The notes beneath the pieces are model-generated. The model made no database searches. It was not told the DNA's origin and worked only from the letters and a program-made list of their open reading frames with translations. The translations under genes and the position numbers were made by a program. Shown one piece after another: positions 29,730-38,598 of a stretch of DNA of 49,765 nt. Positions within the stretch are counted from its first letter, which is position 1. Each line of letters starts with the position of its first letter. The DNA comes from Escherichia phage_vB_EcoD_Punny. The stretch is taken from sequence record OL539444.1; one strand, 5' to 3'.

Positions 29730-30008
29730 ATGAAAAAGATGTTATCAGTAGTTGCTTTATCACTTGCTCTTGTCGGTTGCATGGATAAACCCAAAACATA
29801 TATTTGCGGAAATGAAGCGTTTGAGGTTACAAGCGAATATATGAAAGTTGTGCAAGGCAAAAGCACAGGCGTTGTAATGGATAATATCAGCAAAAATCAA
29901 TATAAGTTGTTTACGCCAATTGGAACGGCTTTCTACACAGTTAATGAAAACACAATTGATATTAAAGTTGGCGTTTATCAGAACACTCTAACTTGCGAGG
30001 TAAAATAA
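29730..30008 (+). CDS. lipoprotein (possible Cor/Llp-like superinfection exclusion protein)
   Basis: Signal peptide MKKMLSVVALSLALVG-C with lipobox; about 92 aa. Track ORF from 29586 rejected because it spans the promoter unit. Confidence 0.55.
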   Translation: MKKMLSVVALSLALVGCMDKPKTYICGNEAFEVTSEYMKVVQGKSTGVVMDNISKNQYKLFTPIGTAFYTVNENTIDIKVGVYQNTLTCEVK

Positions 30009-30009
30009 A

Positions 30010-30747
30010 ATGGCTAAAGACATTCAGGACAAAACCACAATTGACACTTTCGCACAGGAAATGGATTTTCATGAGCTACAACACGGCAGATATTCAGATA
30101 TTGCGTTGCGTTCAGGTGGTCATTATCAGCCAGTTAGAGAAAATACTTTCCTTAAAGTTAGCGGCAACCGATACGCCGGAAGTAAAACGCCTGACGTAGT
30201 GCGCGATTTGTGGGAAACGCCAGATGAAATTGTTGAATATCTTGCTGAACGTTACGGGAAATATGATCTTGATGCAGCAGCAAGCGAAAACAACAAAAAA
30301 TGCGATAAGTTTTACAGCAAAGAGACAAACTGCTTAAAGCGTTGGTGGGGTAGCAATAAGCATGTTTGGTTAAATCCACCATACAGCAATCCAGATCCAT
30401 TTATCAAAAAAGCAATTGAGCAGATGGAGCACGGAAACCAGATTGATATTTTACTTCCGGCTGATAATTCAACTGCATGGTTTAGCGATGCGCAAAAGAA
30501 TGCAGCGGAAATAATCTGGATCACTGGCGAAACATGGGAGGATGACGGCAAGGAATATTCCCGCACTGGTCGATTAGCGTTTATTTCTGGCCTGACAGGT
30601 GAACCAGTACAAGGCAACAATAAAGGCAGTGTTATTTTTATCATGCGTCAACTTAAAGAAGGTGAGCAACAGCAAACACATTATGTGAAGATTAGCGATA
30701 TTTGCCCTTCTGTAAAAAATAAACGAGCCAAAGCGCGGAGTATTTAA
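30010..30747 (+). CDS. DNA N6-adenine methyltransferase (Dam-like)
   Basis: WLNPPYS matches the (D/N)PPY catalytic motif of amino-methyltransferases; 245 aa. Confidence 0.65.
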   Translation: MAKDIQDKTTIDTFAQEMDFHELQHGRYSDIALRSGGHYQPVRENTFLKVSGNRYAGSKTPDVVRDLWETPDEIVEYLAERYGKYDLDAAASENNKKCDKFYSKETNCLKRWWGSNKHVWLNPPYSNPDPFIKKAIEQMEHGNQIDILLPADNSTAWFSDAQKNAAEIIWITGETWEDDGKEYSRTGRLAFISGLTGEPVQGNNKGSVIFIMRQLKEGEQQQTHYVKISDICPSVKNKRAKARSI

Positions 30748-30749
30748 TA

Positions 30750-31007
30750 ATGGAAAATATGACAGTTTATTTAATTGAATTTGGAGAGTGGTTGCTTTAT
30801 CGCGGCCTTGTGTGTGAAATGATCACAAAAGAGGGTCATCTAGAAAAGATCGATTGTGATTTATGGGAATTTACCGAATCTCTTGATATGAGTTTTGACG
30901 AAATAAAGGAATTACCGATTGAAGAATGGCCGATTAAAGTAAAAGCTGATCTTGATGAATTCGTTAAAGACTGGGAAATGAGAAACGGAATGATGAGAGC
31001 AGAATAG
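30750..31007 (+). CDS. hypothetical protein
   Basis: 85 aa acidic ORF; stop is the TAG inside the next dyad motif. Confidence 0.45.
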   Translation: MENMTVYLIEFGEWLLYRGLVCEMITKEGHLEKIDCDLWEFTESLDMSFDEIKELPIEEWPIKVKADLDEFVKDWEMRNGMMRAE

Positions 31008-31047
31008 CACTTTTTGTTAAAAATGCCCCGCGAAAGTGGGGCATAAT
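31004..31047 (+). promoter_or_regulatory. dyad-motif promoter unit P4
   Basis: ATAGCACTTTTTGTTAAAAA, 18-nt gap with TGCCCCGC-GAAA-GTGGGGCA hairpin (GNRA loop), CATAAT, leader CAACGAAACGAAA. Confidence 0.55.
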
Positions 31048-31079
31048 CATTTCAACGAAACGAAATTAGGATTTGCAAA

Positions 31080-31244
31080 ATGAAAATTGTTAATGTTGAA
31101 TATTTCAAAGATGCTCAATGGTTGTCTAAAGAATCCTTATTCATGCTTGATCGCAAAAATCCAAAGGTTATTGCACAAATACTTTGGAATGACGCAATGG
31201 AGTTACTTAAAAAGGCTTACGGTTATGAAAGTGAAGAAAGGTAA
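31080..31244 (+). CDS. hypothetical small protein (54 aa)
   Basis: ATG 32 nt after the P4 -10; below the ORF-track length cut-off. Confidence 0.35.
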   Translation: MKIVNVEYFKDAQWLSKESLFMLDRKNPKVIAQILWNDAMELLKKAYGYESEER

Positions 31245-31467
31245 AAAGGAAACTTGGGAGCTTGCTAAAAAAGGCGGTCTTGATGAAGGGATCGCCAAAA
31301 TAGCAAAGTATTTCGATATTAAAGACGTGTGCGTTATTGCTGGTGACGAAATGGCGTATGTTGAAGAAAAGCCGCGACGTGTTCACCGTGTTCCAGCAAT
31401 ACCAACAACAATCGACTATAAAGCAGTTATTAACAAAACCAAAGAGCAGAAGAAATATTACAAATGA
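31225..31467 (+). CDS. hypothetical protein (80 aa)
   Basis: MKVKKGKK... ORF overlapping the 3' end of 31080-31244 in another frame. Confidence 0.35.
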   Translation: MKVKKGKKETWELAKKGGLDEGIAKIAKYFDIKDVCVIAGDEMAYVEEKPRRVHRVPAIPTTIDYKAVINKTKEQKKYYK

Positions 31468-31550
31468 GATACATTTCTGTTATTTTGTTGCCGCCTGTTA
31501 TCGCTTGGGTTATTATGTACGCCGTTGTTATGAATTAAGAGGATGTTAAA

Positions 31551-32666
31551 ATGAGTTTAAAAAAGATTACCGACGAGCAATTGATCGCTGAACGTGAGGC
31601 GGGTTTAAAACTGCGTGAGATTGCGGAGAAATACGGAATGAGCTTGCGCCAGGTTGAGCACCGCCACAGCAAATTAGCAAAGCGTGGCGAGATCTCAACT
31701 ATCGGATCACCTGGCTTTGCGGTAATTGGCGAGTCAAAGTTAGTTGATAAAAACGGCAATACTAAACTAACCTGGATTAAGACGCACAAAGATAAAGACC
31801 AGTTAGAGGCAATAATGCAAGCGGCTATGGCTGCATTTTCTGACGAATTGCCACGCCTGGAACCACAGCCGGAAAAGATTACTGACTACTCGAAAACCCT
31901 TGCGCTATATCCGATCTTTGATATTCATATTGGTGCAATGGCTCATAAGCATGAAAGCGGCGAGAATTACGACACGGCAACGGCAGAAAAGATCATGAAT
32001 GAATTCTTTGATTATGCCGTCGATAAAGCACCGAATAGCGAAAAAGCTGTATTGTTGATTGGTGGTGATATGATTCACAGTGACGGCCTGGAGGCGGTAA
32101 CACCTGCAAGCGGTCACGTTTTGGATCAGGATTCGCGATATGCGAAACTTGTTTATGTTGCCATTCGAGCCACGCGCCGAGCGGTAAGCCGAATGCTTGA
32201 TAAACACAAAGAAGTTGAGATCCAGATTATTGAGGGTAATCACGACCAATCAGGCATGATCTGGTTACGTGCTGCAATGGCTGCGGCTTATGAAGATGAA
32301 CAGCGCGTTCATGTTGACGTTTCGCCGCGCGTAGTGCATCACACGCAGTACGGAAAAACCTTCCTTGCTTATCATCACGGTCACACAGTGCGCAAGCCTG
32401 AAACACTTATGATGATGTGCGCAGCAGATTGGCGGGAGGATTTCGGAAACTCCAATTCAATGTATGCGCATGTAGGGCATTGGCATCATCAGACAGTCAC
32501 AGAAACGAGCCTGGGCATTGTTGAGGTGCATAGCACTATGGCAGCAAAAGACGCTTACGCCGCGCGTGGTGGCTGGCGTTCACGTCGCAGAGCTGCGGTA
32601 ATTATTTACGATAAGGAATATGGAGAAATAGGGCGCTTTATGTTTTACCCTGAAATGATTGCTTAA
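31551..32666 (+). CDS. HTH domain + calcineurin-like metallophosphoesterase
   Basis: N-terminal LKLREIAEKYGMSLRQV HTH-like segment; phosphoesterase motifs DIHIG, GGDMIH, GNHD. Confidence 0.55.
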   Translation: MSLKKITDEQLIAEREAGLKLREIAEKYGMSLRQVEHRHSKLAKRGEISTIGSPGFAVIGESKLVDKNGNTKLTWIKTHKDKDQLEAIMQAAMAAFSDELPRLEPQPEKITDYSKTLALYPIFDIHIGAMAHKHESGENYDTATAEKIMNEFFDYAVDKAPNSEKAVLLIGGDMIHSDGLEAVTPASGHVLDQDSRYAKLVYVAIRATRRAVSRMLDKHKEVEIQIIEGNHDQSGMIWLRAAMAAAYEDEQRVHVDVSPRVVHHTQYGKTFLAYHHGHTVRKPETLMMMCAADWREDFGNSNSMYAHVGHWHHQTVTETSLGIVEVHSTMAAKDAYAARGGWRSRRRAAVIIYDKEYGEIGRFMFYPEMIA

Positions 32667-32777
32667 TTAAATTATCAAGAAAAAGGCTGGCTAAGTGCTG
32701 GCTTTTTTTTGTTTTTGTGGTTAACATATTCACACTAATTTTGGCATTGACATTTTAATTTAATTGAGGATCAGATT

Positions 32778-33002
32778 ATGAGAGACTTTCTTTTAATGGC
32801 GCAAAACTCTTTCGGAGGTGCAACGGTAGTTGGATCTTTTACTGGTGAGTTTTTGCTTGCACTTGCTACGTTTATTTTGTTCGCTATTTTCGGCTGTTGG
32901 GGCGCATGGCTGAAATGGCGTGATAGTAAAGCGATCCGAGAGGCTTTAGATTCAGGGGATTTAAAAACGGCGCTTAATCTACGGCAGAAAGAGAGGGTGT
33001 AA
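32778..33002 (+). CDS. holin (possibly pinholin)
   Basis: 74 aa with two hydrophobic helices and a charged C-terminus; GAGGA RBS; immediately upstream of the lysozyme. Confidence 0.5.
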   Translation: MRDFLLMAQNSFGGATVVGSFTGEFLLALATFILFAIFGCWGAWLKWRDSKAIREALDSGDLKTALNLRQKERV

Positions 33003-33493
33003 TGACAATCAAGAAAGGTATAGCCGCCACCGTCACAGGGGCGGCTTTAATGTTGGCATCGCCTTTGATTGAAGAAATTGAGGGCGTAAAGTATAAGCCT
33101 TACAAGGATATTGCTGGAATCTGGACGGTATGCCACGGCATCACCGGAAAGGACGTGATTCTTGGAAAGGAATATACCAGGCGAGAATGTGACGCGCTAT
33201 TAGCAAAGCATATGAAAGTAGCGGCTGACGCTGTTGATAAGGCGGTTAAGGTTGAAATTCCTTTATCAATGCGAGCGGCTCTATACTCATTTACTTTCAA
33301 TGCTGGTACTGGTGCGTTTCGTAAGTCAACCATGCTGAAAAAGATCAACAATGGTGATTTATGGGGCGGTTGTGGTGAGCTATGGAACTGGACATATTAC
33401 CGGAACCCTAAAACTGGTAAAAAGGAAAAATCAAGAGGATTGAAGAACCGCCGCGCCGTCGAATATAAATATTGCGTAAGGGATCTTAAATGA
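33002..33493 (+). CDS. endolysin (lysozyme-like, possible SAR type)
   Basis: EEIEG...KPYKD...GIWTVCHG resembles the phage lysozyme catalytic region; the Gly/Ala-rich hydrophobic N-terminus could be a signal-arrest-release segment. Confidence 0.65.
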   Translation: MTIKKGIAATVTGAALMLASPLIEEIEGVKYKPYKDIAGIWTVCHGITGKDVILGKEYTRRECDALLAKHMKVAADAVDKAVKVEIPLSMRAALYSFTFNAGTGAFRKSTMLKKINNGDLWGGCGELWNWTYYRNPKTGKKEKSRGLKNRRAVEYKYCVRDLK

Positions 33494-33879
33494 AAAAGAA
33501 ATTAATGGCTGTTTTGATGTGCGTTATGCTTTCCGGTTGTTCTGCTTCGAGCTTGTTACCTGGCCTGATTGGTAGCAAGCCCGATATAACAGCACAGGCA
33601 GGATCTGAAAATGTGAAACAAACTGTTGGTGTAACTGCAAAGCATGATACATCAAGCAAGCAGGAAACCACATTTAAAGAATCGGCTGTTGGAAAGGTTG
33701 ACACGTCGAATAAAAAACAGGTTAGCACTTCAAGCATTAAGGCAGATAACATCACAGCGGAAAGAATAGAGATCCGAAATAATGATGGTCTTAATGTTCC
33801 GGCAATCGCAATGGGTATATTGATGTTTATTGCTGGTATGCTGGCAGGGTGGGCACTTAAACGTAACAAGGCGGCATAA
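33490..33879 (+). CDS. unimolecular spanin (lipoprotein with C-terminal transmembrane domain)
   Basis: Lipobox LSGC after the signal peptide plus C-terminal [22 protein letters not shown]; single gene after the endolysin, as in T1-type lysis cassettes. Confidence 0.6.
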   Translation: MKKKLMAVLMCVMLSGCSASSLLPGLIGSKPDITAQAGSENVKQTVGVTAKHDTSSKQETTFKESAVGKVDTSNKKQVSTSSIKADNITAERIEIRNNDGLNVPAIAMGILMFIAGMLAGWALKRNKAA

Positions 33880-33892
33880 GCCGCCTTTTCTT

Positions 33893-34114
33893 TTAAAAAA
33901 TATTGTTCATTAAGTCTTGGAAACTATTACCGCTATAATCCTTTTCCTCAATAATGTGAGCGCCTTTCTTTTTTATATCCCACAGCATTTTTTCATATTC
34001 GCAGCGGTTAATGCCAAACGTACTACCATCATCAACATATGCGGTTCCTTTGTTGTTGAAAACGTCAAATGTAACATTAACAACGCGAATTGTTTTGATA
34101 GTGCATTTTAACAT
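33893..34114 (-). CDS. hypothetical protein
   Basis: 73 aa ORF 36 nt downstream of the M1 -10. Confidence 0.45.
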   Translation of the reverse strand: MLKCTIKTIRVVNVTFDVFNNKGTAYVDDGSTFGINRCEYEKMLWDIKKKGAHIIEEKDYSGNSFQDLMNNIF

Positions 34115-34150
34115 TTTGTTTTCCTTTTGTTGCTACGTTTCGTTAAAACA

Positions 34151-34194
34151 AATATACCCGATACAAGATCGGGTGTTTTAACAAAAAGTGCTAT
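34151..34194 (-). promoter_or_regulatory. dyad-motif promoter unit M1
   Basis: On the minus strand ATAGCACTTTTTGTTAAAAC, 18-nt gap with ACCCGAT/ATCGGGT hairpin, TATATT, leader AACGAAACG. Confidence 0.55.
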
Positions 34195-34388
34195 TCAAAG
34201 CGCCTTACGTGAATTAGTAGTTCACCGTCATCATTTGTTAACTGGTGCTCATTATCTTCAAACGCTCGCATATCACTGTAAAGCAACAACATTAGTGCAT
34301 AGACAAAATCATCATGCGAAATTTGCATTACTGAACTTTCTTTCAAAATAAGATCTATCAAATGCTGGCTTGCTGAATAATTCTTCAT
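34191..34388 (-). CDS. hypothetical small protein (uncertain)
   Basis: 65 aa ORF whose stop is the TAG inside M1, matching the punctuation pattern, but it overlaps 34312-34704 by 77 nt and has a weak RBS. Confidence 0.2.
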   Translation of the reverse strand: MKNYSASQHLIDLILKESSVMQISHDDFVYALMLLLYSDMRAFEDNEHQLTNDDGELLIHVRRFE

Positions 34389-34704
34389 CGCTCATTTTCT
34401 CAATGTTCATCATCTCCCACACATAACGATTGGAATCACCTTCCAGGCTATGCAACTCAAAATTAAACGGCCTTTTCATCTTGTTTTTGCACCAGTACAC
34501 GCAATGAACGCCGTCAAGATATCCATAACCCATCATTCTCGCTATAAACTCTTTGCTTGAGCTTGAAGCGAAATAGCGGGGAGTTACCACCGCATTTTTG
34601 GCGAGCCTTTCACATTCACGGTGACGGAATATAAATCTTGCTAACTCTTGGCGGTTGAATTTCTCGCGAGACTCGCAAAAGCGATACAGATCTAATAAGA
34701 ACAT
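34312..34704 (-). CDS. hypothetical protein
   Basis: 130 aa ORF coupled to the upstream NTPase gene. Confidence 0.45.
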   Translation of the reverse strand: MFLLDLYRFCESREKFNRQELARFIFRHRECERLAKNAVVTPRYFASSSSKEFIARMMGYGYLDGVHCVYWCKNKMKRPFNFELHSLEGDSNRYVWEMMNIEKMSDEELFSKPAFDRSYFERKFSNANFA

Positions 34705-34706
34705 GA

Positions 34707-36287
34707 TTACCCCATTAACGCCGGATTGACATAAACAAATTTACCCACGCTGCAAACATAATTCTTTTCTTCAAGCATTGGCAATAATTGTTCCTCAATT
34801 CGTTTCATCACGCCTGATTGACCTGTAAACGGCTTAACCTTACGCGCACTTTCATAGATAGCTCTTGCATTGGTAACGCCTTTATTTTGACGTGAGATCT
34901 TAATGATGATTTCAATTAACTTGCTCATTTCGGCATCATCGCCAGCGTGACCGGAAGCATTCGCGGCGTTGATATATGTTTTGCTTAATTCGCTGAACAT
35001 CACCAAAGCCTCTTGCATTGTCTCAACTTCAATTTCTCGCGACTTTTGCGGCGTACCGTTTGGATTAAACCAATTGCGGATCGTGTGCAATACTGACGCA
35101 ATGCGGATCACTTGTTTATCCATTTTACCCAAAGCACCACGCAACATTGTATGTGAATATTTTCCGCCGTCTGCTAAATCCGGCTCTAATTGCTGGCGAG
35201 CAATATTAAGAACACGCATTGCAGAACGTGACGGCTTCAATACAACATTTTGCTCAGTCATGATGTTATGAATCAACTGGAAATATTGCGCCTTTAATTC
35301 TTTATCAACTGGCGTGTAATCAAGATCACCATTTTCATCAATAAATACACGCTCGCCTAACATTGTTTTTTCACGTACAAGCAAAAAACGTTCACTAACA
35401 CCGATACCCCGCGCCCCTGCATCCATGATCCCTTTTATCGTTTCATCCTGGGCAATTACGCTCATGCAGCCCAACGCAACAAAACTCATATTGTTTTCAG
35501 AGTTGGCGCGAGCTATTGAAACGTGTCCGGCGTCCCATGCTTTTAGAACCAATTCGCTGTTAGTCTTGCGATCACTATTAGCGTAAGTCAATCCGAGTAA
35601 GCTGTTGATGCTTGTTGCTTCATCGGAAATGACAGCAAAGTTACCCTGGCGATTGTTGATCTTTGCTAACCCTTCCGGCGTGGTGTCTGATACCGGAAAA
35701 ACGATATCGCACATTTTTTCTAACTTTTCCTCTAATTCCTCCTTTTCCTCAAACAACGCCGCTAACTCAGTGCCTGAACGTTCAGCTTTCAATTCCTTTT
35801 CAACGCCTTTTAATTTCGCTGAGATCTTCTTTCGCTCTTTCTTGCGTTGTTCGTTGATTCGCTCAACTTCACAGACCATTGGCGCAATAGCCAGGCTGTT
35901 GATTGCTGATTTACCAGTTGATGGCGGCTGACTGGTTACAACATAAAGCGCCGTTGGTTGTTCAGTGCCGTGGTACTCAACTTGGAAGCGTCCAACCATA
36001 GCGGCGGAAACGCAACCTATGAAATGCATATAGGCCGATGATTCAGGAAATTGAACAGATTGCGCAATGCTACGTGACAGTTTACCCACAACATCAACAT
36101 CATTACCCAAAGAGATCACAGGATAACGGTCATTAGCGCCGTTGATATCCTTCACAGGTTCCCAAAAGCTGGACGATTGGCGGTAGCCGTTCGACTGAAT
36201 AGCAACGCGAAGCGGCGATGTTCCCTGCGATTCTGCAATGGCTATAACTTGTTGAGGTGTCAATTTGTTGGTGTCAAAGTCAAACAT
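34707..36287 (-). CDS. P-loop NTPase-like protein (Walker A/B), function unknown
   Basis: 526 aa; PPSTGKS Walker A-like and VISDEAT Walker B-like motifs; charged coiled-coil insert. Confidence 0.4.
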   Translation of the reverse strand: MFDFDTNKLTPQQVIAIAESQGTSPLRVAIQSNGYRQSSSFWEPVKDINGANDRYPVISLGNDVDVVGKLSRSIAQSVQFPESSAYMHFIGCVSAAMVGRFQVEYHGTEQPTALYVVTSQPPSTGKSAINSLAIAPMVCEVERINEQRKKERKKISAKLKGVEKELKAERSGTELAALFEEKEELEEKLEKMCDIVFPVSDTTPEGLAKINNRQGNFAVISDEATSINSLLGLTYANSDRKTNSELVLKAWDAGHVSIARANSENNMSFVALGCMSVIAQDETIKGIMDAGARGIGVSERFLLVREKTMLGERVFIDENGDLDYTPVDKELKAQYFQLIHNIMTEQNVVLKPSRSAMRVLNIARQQLEPDLADGGKYSHTMLRGALGKMDKQVIRIASVLHTIRNWFNPNGTPQKSREIEVETMQEALVMFSELSKTYINAANASGHAGDDAEMSKLIEIIIKISRQNKGVTNARAIYESARKVKPFTGQSGVMKRIEEQLLPMLEEKNYVCSVGKFVYVNPALMG

Positions 36288-36314
36288 CTGAAAATCTCCT
36301 TCTTGTTGCCGCTA

Positions 36315-36358
36315 ATTATAACGGCAACATTCTACAGCCTTTTAGCAATTCGTGCTAT
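36315..36358 (-). promoter_or_regulatory. dyad-motif promoter unit M2
   Basis: On the minus strand ATAGCACGAATTGCTAAAAG, 18-nt gap, TATAAT inside GTTGCCG/CGGCAAC hairpin. Confidence 0.55.
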
Positions 36359-36603
36359 TTTATCGGCTCAACCCTGGCTAATAACTTTCCGTCTATAATG
36401 CTATGACATTCAAGAGTTTTAGGATCGAATGCAAGCGAACGATGGAACGTATGACCAATCAGCAAATATGAATGCTTATCCCTGATGCGATAGACCGTTT
36501 CACCTTCCTTTAATGACGATATCGCACTAAAAACAACCTTGTAACGGTATTTTTGCATGGCCTCAGAACGGTGAGGAATGTAATCTTTTTCCGGTAAACT
36601 CAT
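36355..36603 (-). CDS. hypothetical protein
   Basis: 82 aa ORF; stop is the TAG inside M2. Confidence 0.45.
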   Translation of the reverse strand: MSLPEKDYIPHRSEAMQKYRYKVVFSAISSLKEGETVYRIRDKHSYLLIGHTFHRSLAFDPKTLECHSIIDGKLLARVEPIK

Positions 36604-36962
36604 GAGTATTTGGCCTCAAACAGATAAGCACCGCCAGCGGCAGAGAATCCAACTTCTTCCCGATACAGCGTGAAACGGTCGCCGTTTTCGTCGAACACGT
36701 ATCCAGCAACAGCACCTAACACGCGGCCTTGTTCGATCTGGTAACGCTTATCAGCTTTGAAAGTTTTCTTGATCTGCATGGAATGGTTTACCCATGTGCA
36801 TTTAATGGTTTTGGTCTTAACATTTCGGAATGTTAATCCGGTTAAGTTGGCGTGAATCCATTTCCCATCTAACTTAACGAAAGTATCATCATTTTCGTCT
36901 ACCCGCGCTTTGTATAGGCGGTTATCAGATCCGATAAGTTTGATTGATTTGAATTTAGCCAT
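36600..36962 (-). CDS. hypothetical protein
   Basis: 120 aa ORF 32 nt downstream of the M3 -10; AAGGAGA RBS. Confidence 0.5.
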   Translation of the reverse strand: MAKFKSIKLIGSDNRLYKARVDENDDTFVKLDGKWIHANLTGLTFRNVKTKTIKCTWVNHSMQIKKTFKADKRYQIEQGRVLGAVAGYVFDENGDRFTLYREEVGFSAAGGAYLFEAKYS

Positions 36963-36994
36963 TTGATTTATCTCCTTTTGTTTTCGTTGAAATC

Positions 36995-37038
36995 ATTATG
37001 CCGGATACGTGATCCGGCGTTTTAACAAAAAGTGCTAT
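36995..37038 (-). promoter_or_regulatory. dyad-motif promoter unit M3
   Basis: On the minus strand ATAGCACTTTTTGTTAAAAC, 18-nt gap with CCGGAT/ATCCGG hairpin, CATAAT, leader TTCAACGAAAAC. Confidence 0.55.
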
Positions 37039-37730
37039 TTCTGATTTGCCAGGCATACAGCAAGCGCAAAGCCGCGCGGAGTGAGTGAGCGGATCAGCTT
37101 TGTTCGCTTAGACTTGCCGCCGAGCTTTTGCCAGCCTGGATTGTTGTTCCCTGTTGGCAATACTGCGTTTGTATCCGGCATTACAAAGCCGTTACCCGTC
37201 CAAAGACAAGTTTTTTTGGTGTACGCATCGCGAGCGGGAATGATTTCAGGAAAGTGAGGATGTTTATCATCTTCCGGCAACAGATCTCCAAACGCGCAAG
37301 GATGAAAGATAAAATCAGGTTGCCGCCACATTGACGACAGAACACTAACAGGATTCTCAATTATGTATGGAACGTTAAACCGATCCGCAATATTGGCAGC
37401 AATCTTTGCCGTTTCAACCGCCTTTTTCTGGAAGTCTGGATCACGTTCACGCTTTGCTGCAAAGTGACGCGATCCGCTAACAGCTAAATCAGTGCATGGA
37501 GGGAATGCAATAATAAAATCTGGAGTGCCAAAGACGCGCATCATTGCGTTATGCTGGAATGATAATCCGATCCACTCATTCAAATAAACGATGTTGGGAT
37601 GAGTCACGCGCACTGATTGGTAATCACCATGATCAGCACCGTCGAAATTAAAGCACAGCACCTTGTGACCACGTTCAGCCCACGGCAACGCAGCATAACC
37701 AGAACCATCAAATAGTGAGAAAATAAGCAT
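37035..37730 (-). CDS. DNA cytosine-C5 methyltransferase-like protein with divergent motifs
   Basis: LFDGSG (motif I-like), FPPCTDLAVSG (PCQ-box-like but Thr for Gln), IENP (ENV-like). Short at about 231 aa. Start ATG 37730 with AAGGA RBS. Confidence 0.4.
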   Translation of the reverse strand: MLIFSLFDGSGYAALPWAERGHKVLCFNFDGADHGDYQSVRVTHPNIVYLNEWIGLSFQHNAMMRVFGTPDFIIAFPPCTDLAVSGSRHFAAKRERDPDFQKKAVETAKIAANIADRFNVPYIIENPVSVLSSMWRQPDFIFHPCAFGDLLPEDDKHPHFPEIIPARDAYTKKTCLWTGNGFVMPDTNAVLPTGNNNPGWQKLGGKSKRTKLIRSLTPRGFALAVCLANQK

Positions 37731-37928
37731 GTTTAAATCCTTTCTGTATGACCTTGTAAGGCGTTTTGTTTGTAGGTGTGGCAATCGTATTGGTTACGGC
37801 CTGAAATCGCGACATAATGCGAAACAGGCCGCTATTTTTTACTTACAGAATGGGCATGTTGTTTTATCCCAGCTTCCTCCGTGTTTTGGACAGCAAATTT
37901 TTTCGATAGGTGTCATTTTAAATACTCC

Positions 37929-38153
37929 TTAGAATGGGAAACAACGCTTGCAAGATGGATCGAAGTTACAACCGCAATCATTGATTATTGCGTTAGGATC
38001 AGCAAGCATCACGCTACTTTCTTGATCCATATCCATAGCGCCTAATGCGTCATCAAGCGTTATTTCAAGATAGGCAACTTTAAGCGCCCATTCCTTGTTG
38101 AGTCCAGCCGCCTCCGCTTCATGTAGGCGAGCAAAGAAAGCATCTTGAACCAT
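37929..38153 (-). CDS. hypothetical Cys-containing small protein
   Basis: About 74 aa, C-terminal CGCNFDPSCKRC. Confidence 0.4.
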   Translation of the reverse strand: MVQDAFFARLHEAEAAGLNKEWALKVAYLEITLDDALGAMDMDQESSVMLADPNAIINDCGCNFDPSCKRCFPF

Positions 38154-38154
38154 A

Positions 38155-38376
38155 TCAACCCCACTTCTCAATAAACATGCTCATTTCGTCAATCATCGCG
38201 TAAGCATCGCTTTCAGTCATGCGACGGATTCTTCCGCCTGGGTGTTCGCCAACAGCGTAACCAGTTTTTACGCGGGTAATCGTTAACTGATGGAATCAAG
38301 AATCGCGATCCATTTTCAAAACTACTTTCCCGTGAGCTTTGACAATGTTCATGATGGATTCAGTTTTCAGTTTCAT
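38155..38376 (-). pseudogene. small ORF interrupted by an in-frame TGA
   Basis: ATG 38376 with GGAGA RBS 31 nt after the M4 -10; reading frame open for 73 codons except a TGA at 38296-38298. Confidence 0.3.
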
Positions 38377-38407
38377 TTTTGATTCTCCATTTTGTTTATG
38401 TGAAAGT

Positions 38408-38451
38408 ATGATACCAATCAGAGCGATATCGTTTTTAGCAATTCGTGCTAT
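38408..38451 (-). promoter_or_regulatory. dyad-motif promoter unit M4
   Basis: On the minus strand ATAGCACGAATTGCTAAAAA, 18-nt gap, TGgTATCAT. Confidence 0.5.
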
Positions 38452-38598
38452 TTACGGCGATAAACGGATATCCTGTTAAATCTGCATTTCTATAACGTGC
38501 AGACCTAACCCAACAGCCGCCTTTGCTCATAATTAAAGCGTTTTTATGGTGAATGTTCACGCGGTAAATTCTTCCGGTTTTTATGTTTTTGAAGTAGG

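Noticed and set aside
32690-32720. Possible terminator after the phosphoesterase gene (GGCTGGCTAAGTGCTGGC followed by 8 T)
   Set aside because: The T-run is clear but I could not find a convincing complementary stem (the GCTGGC copies are direct, not inverted), so it is not listed as a feature.
34127-34351. Plus-strand ORF (74 aa) containing SGVLTKSAI
   Set aside because: It covers the M1 hairpin and motif on the wrong strand and overlaps minus-strand genes; artefact of motif translation.
38435-38530. 31-codon minus-strand ORF ending NSTNC inside unit M4
   Set aside because: No ribosome-binding site and the coding potential comes largely from the motif and an upstream hairpin; probably non-coding. 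The 26-codon GTG ORF at 42765-42845 is similarly uncertain.
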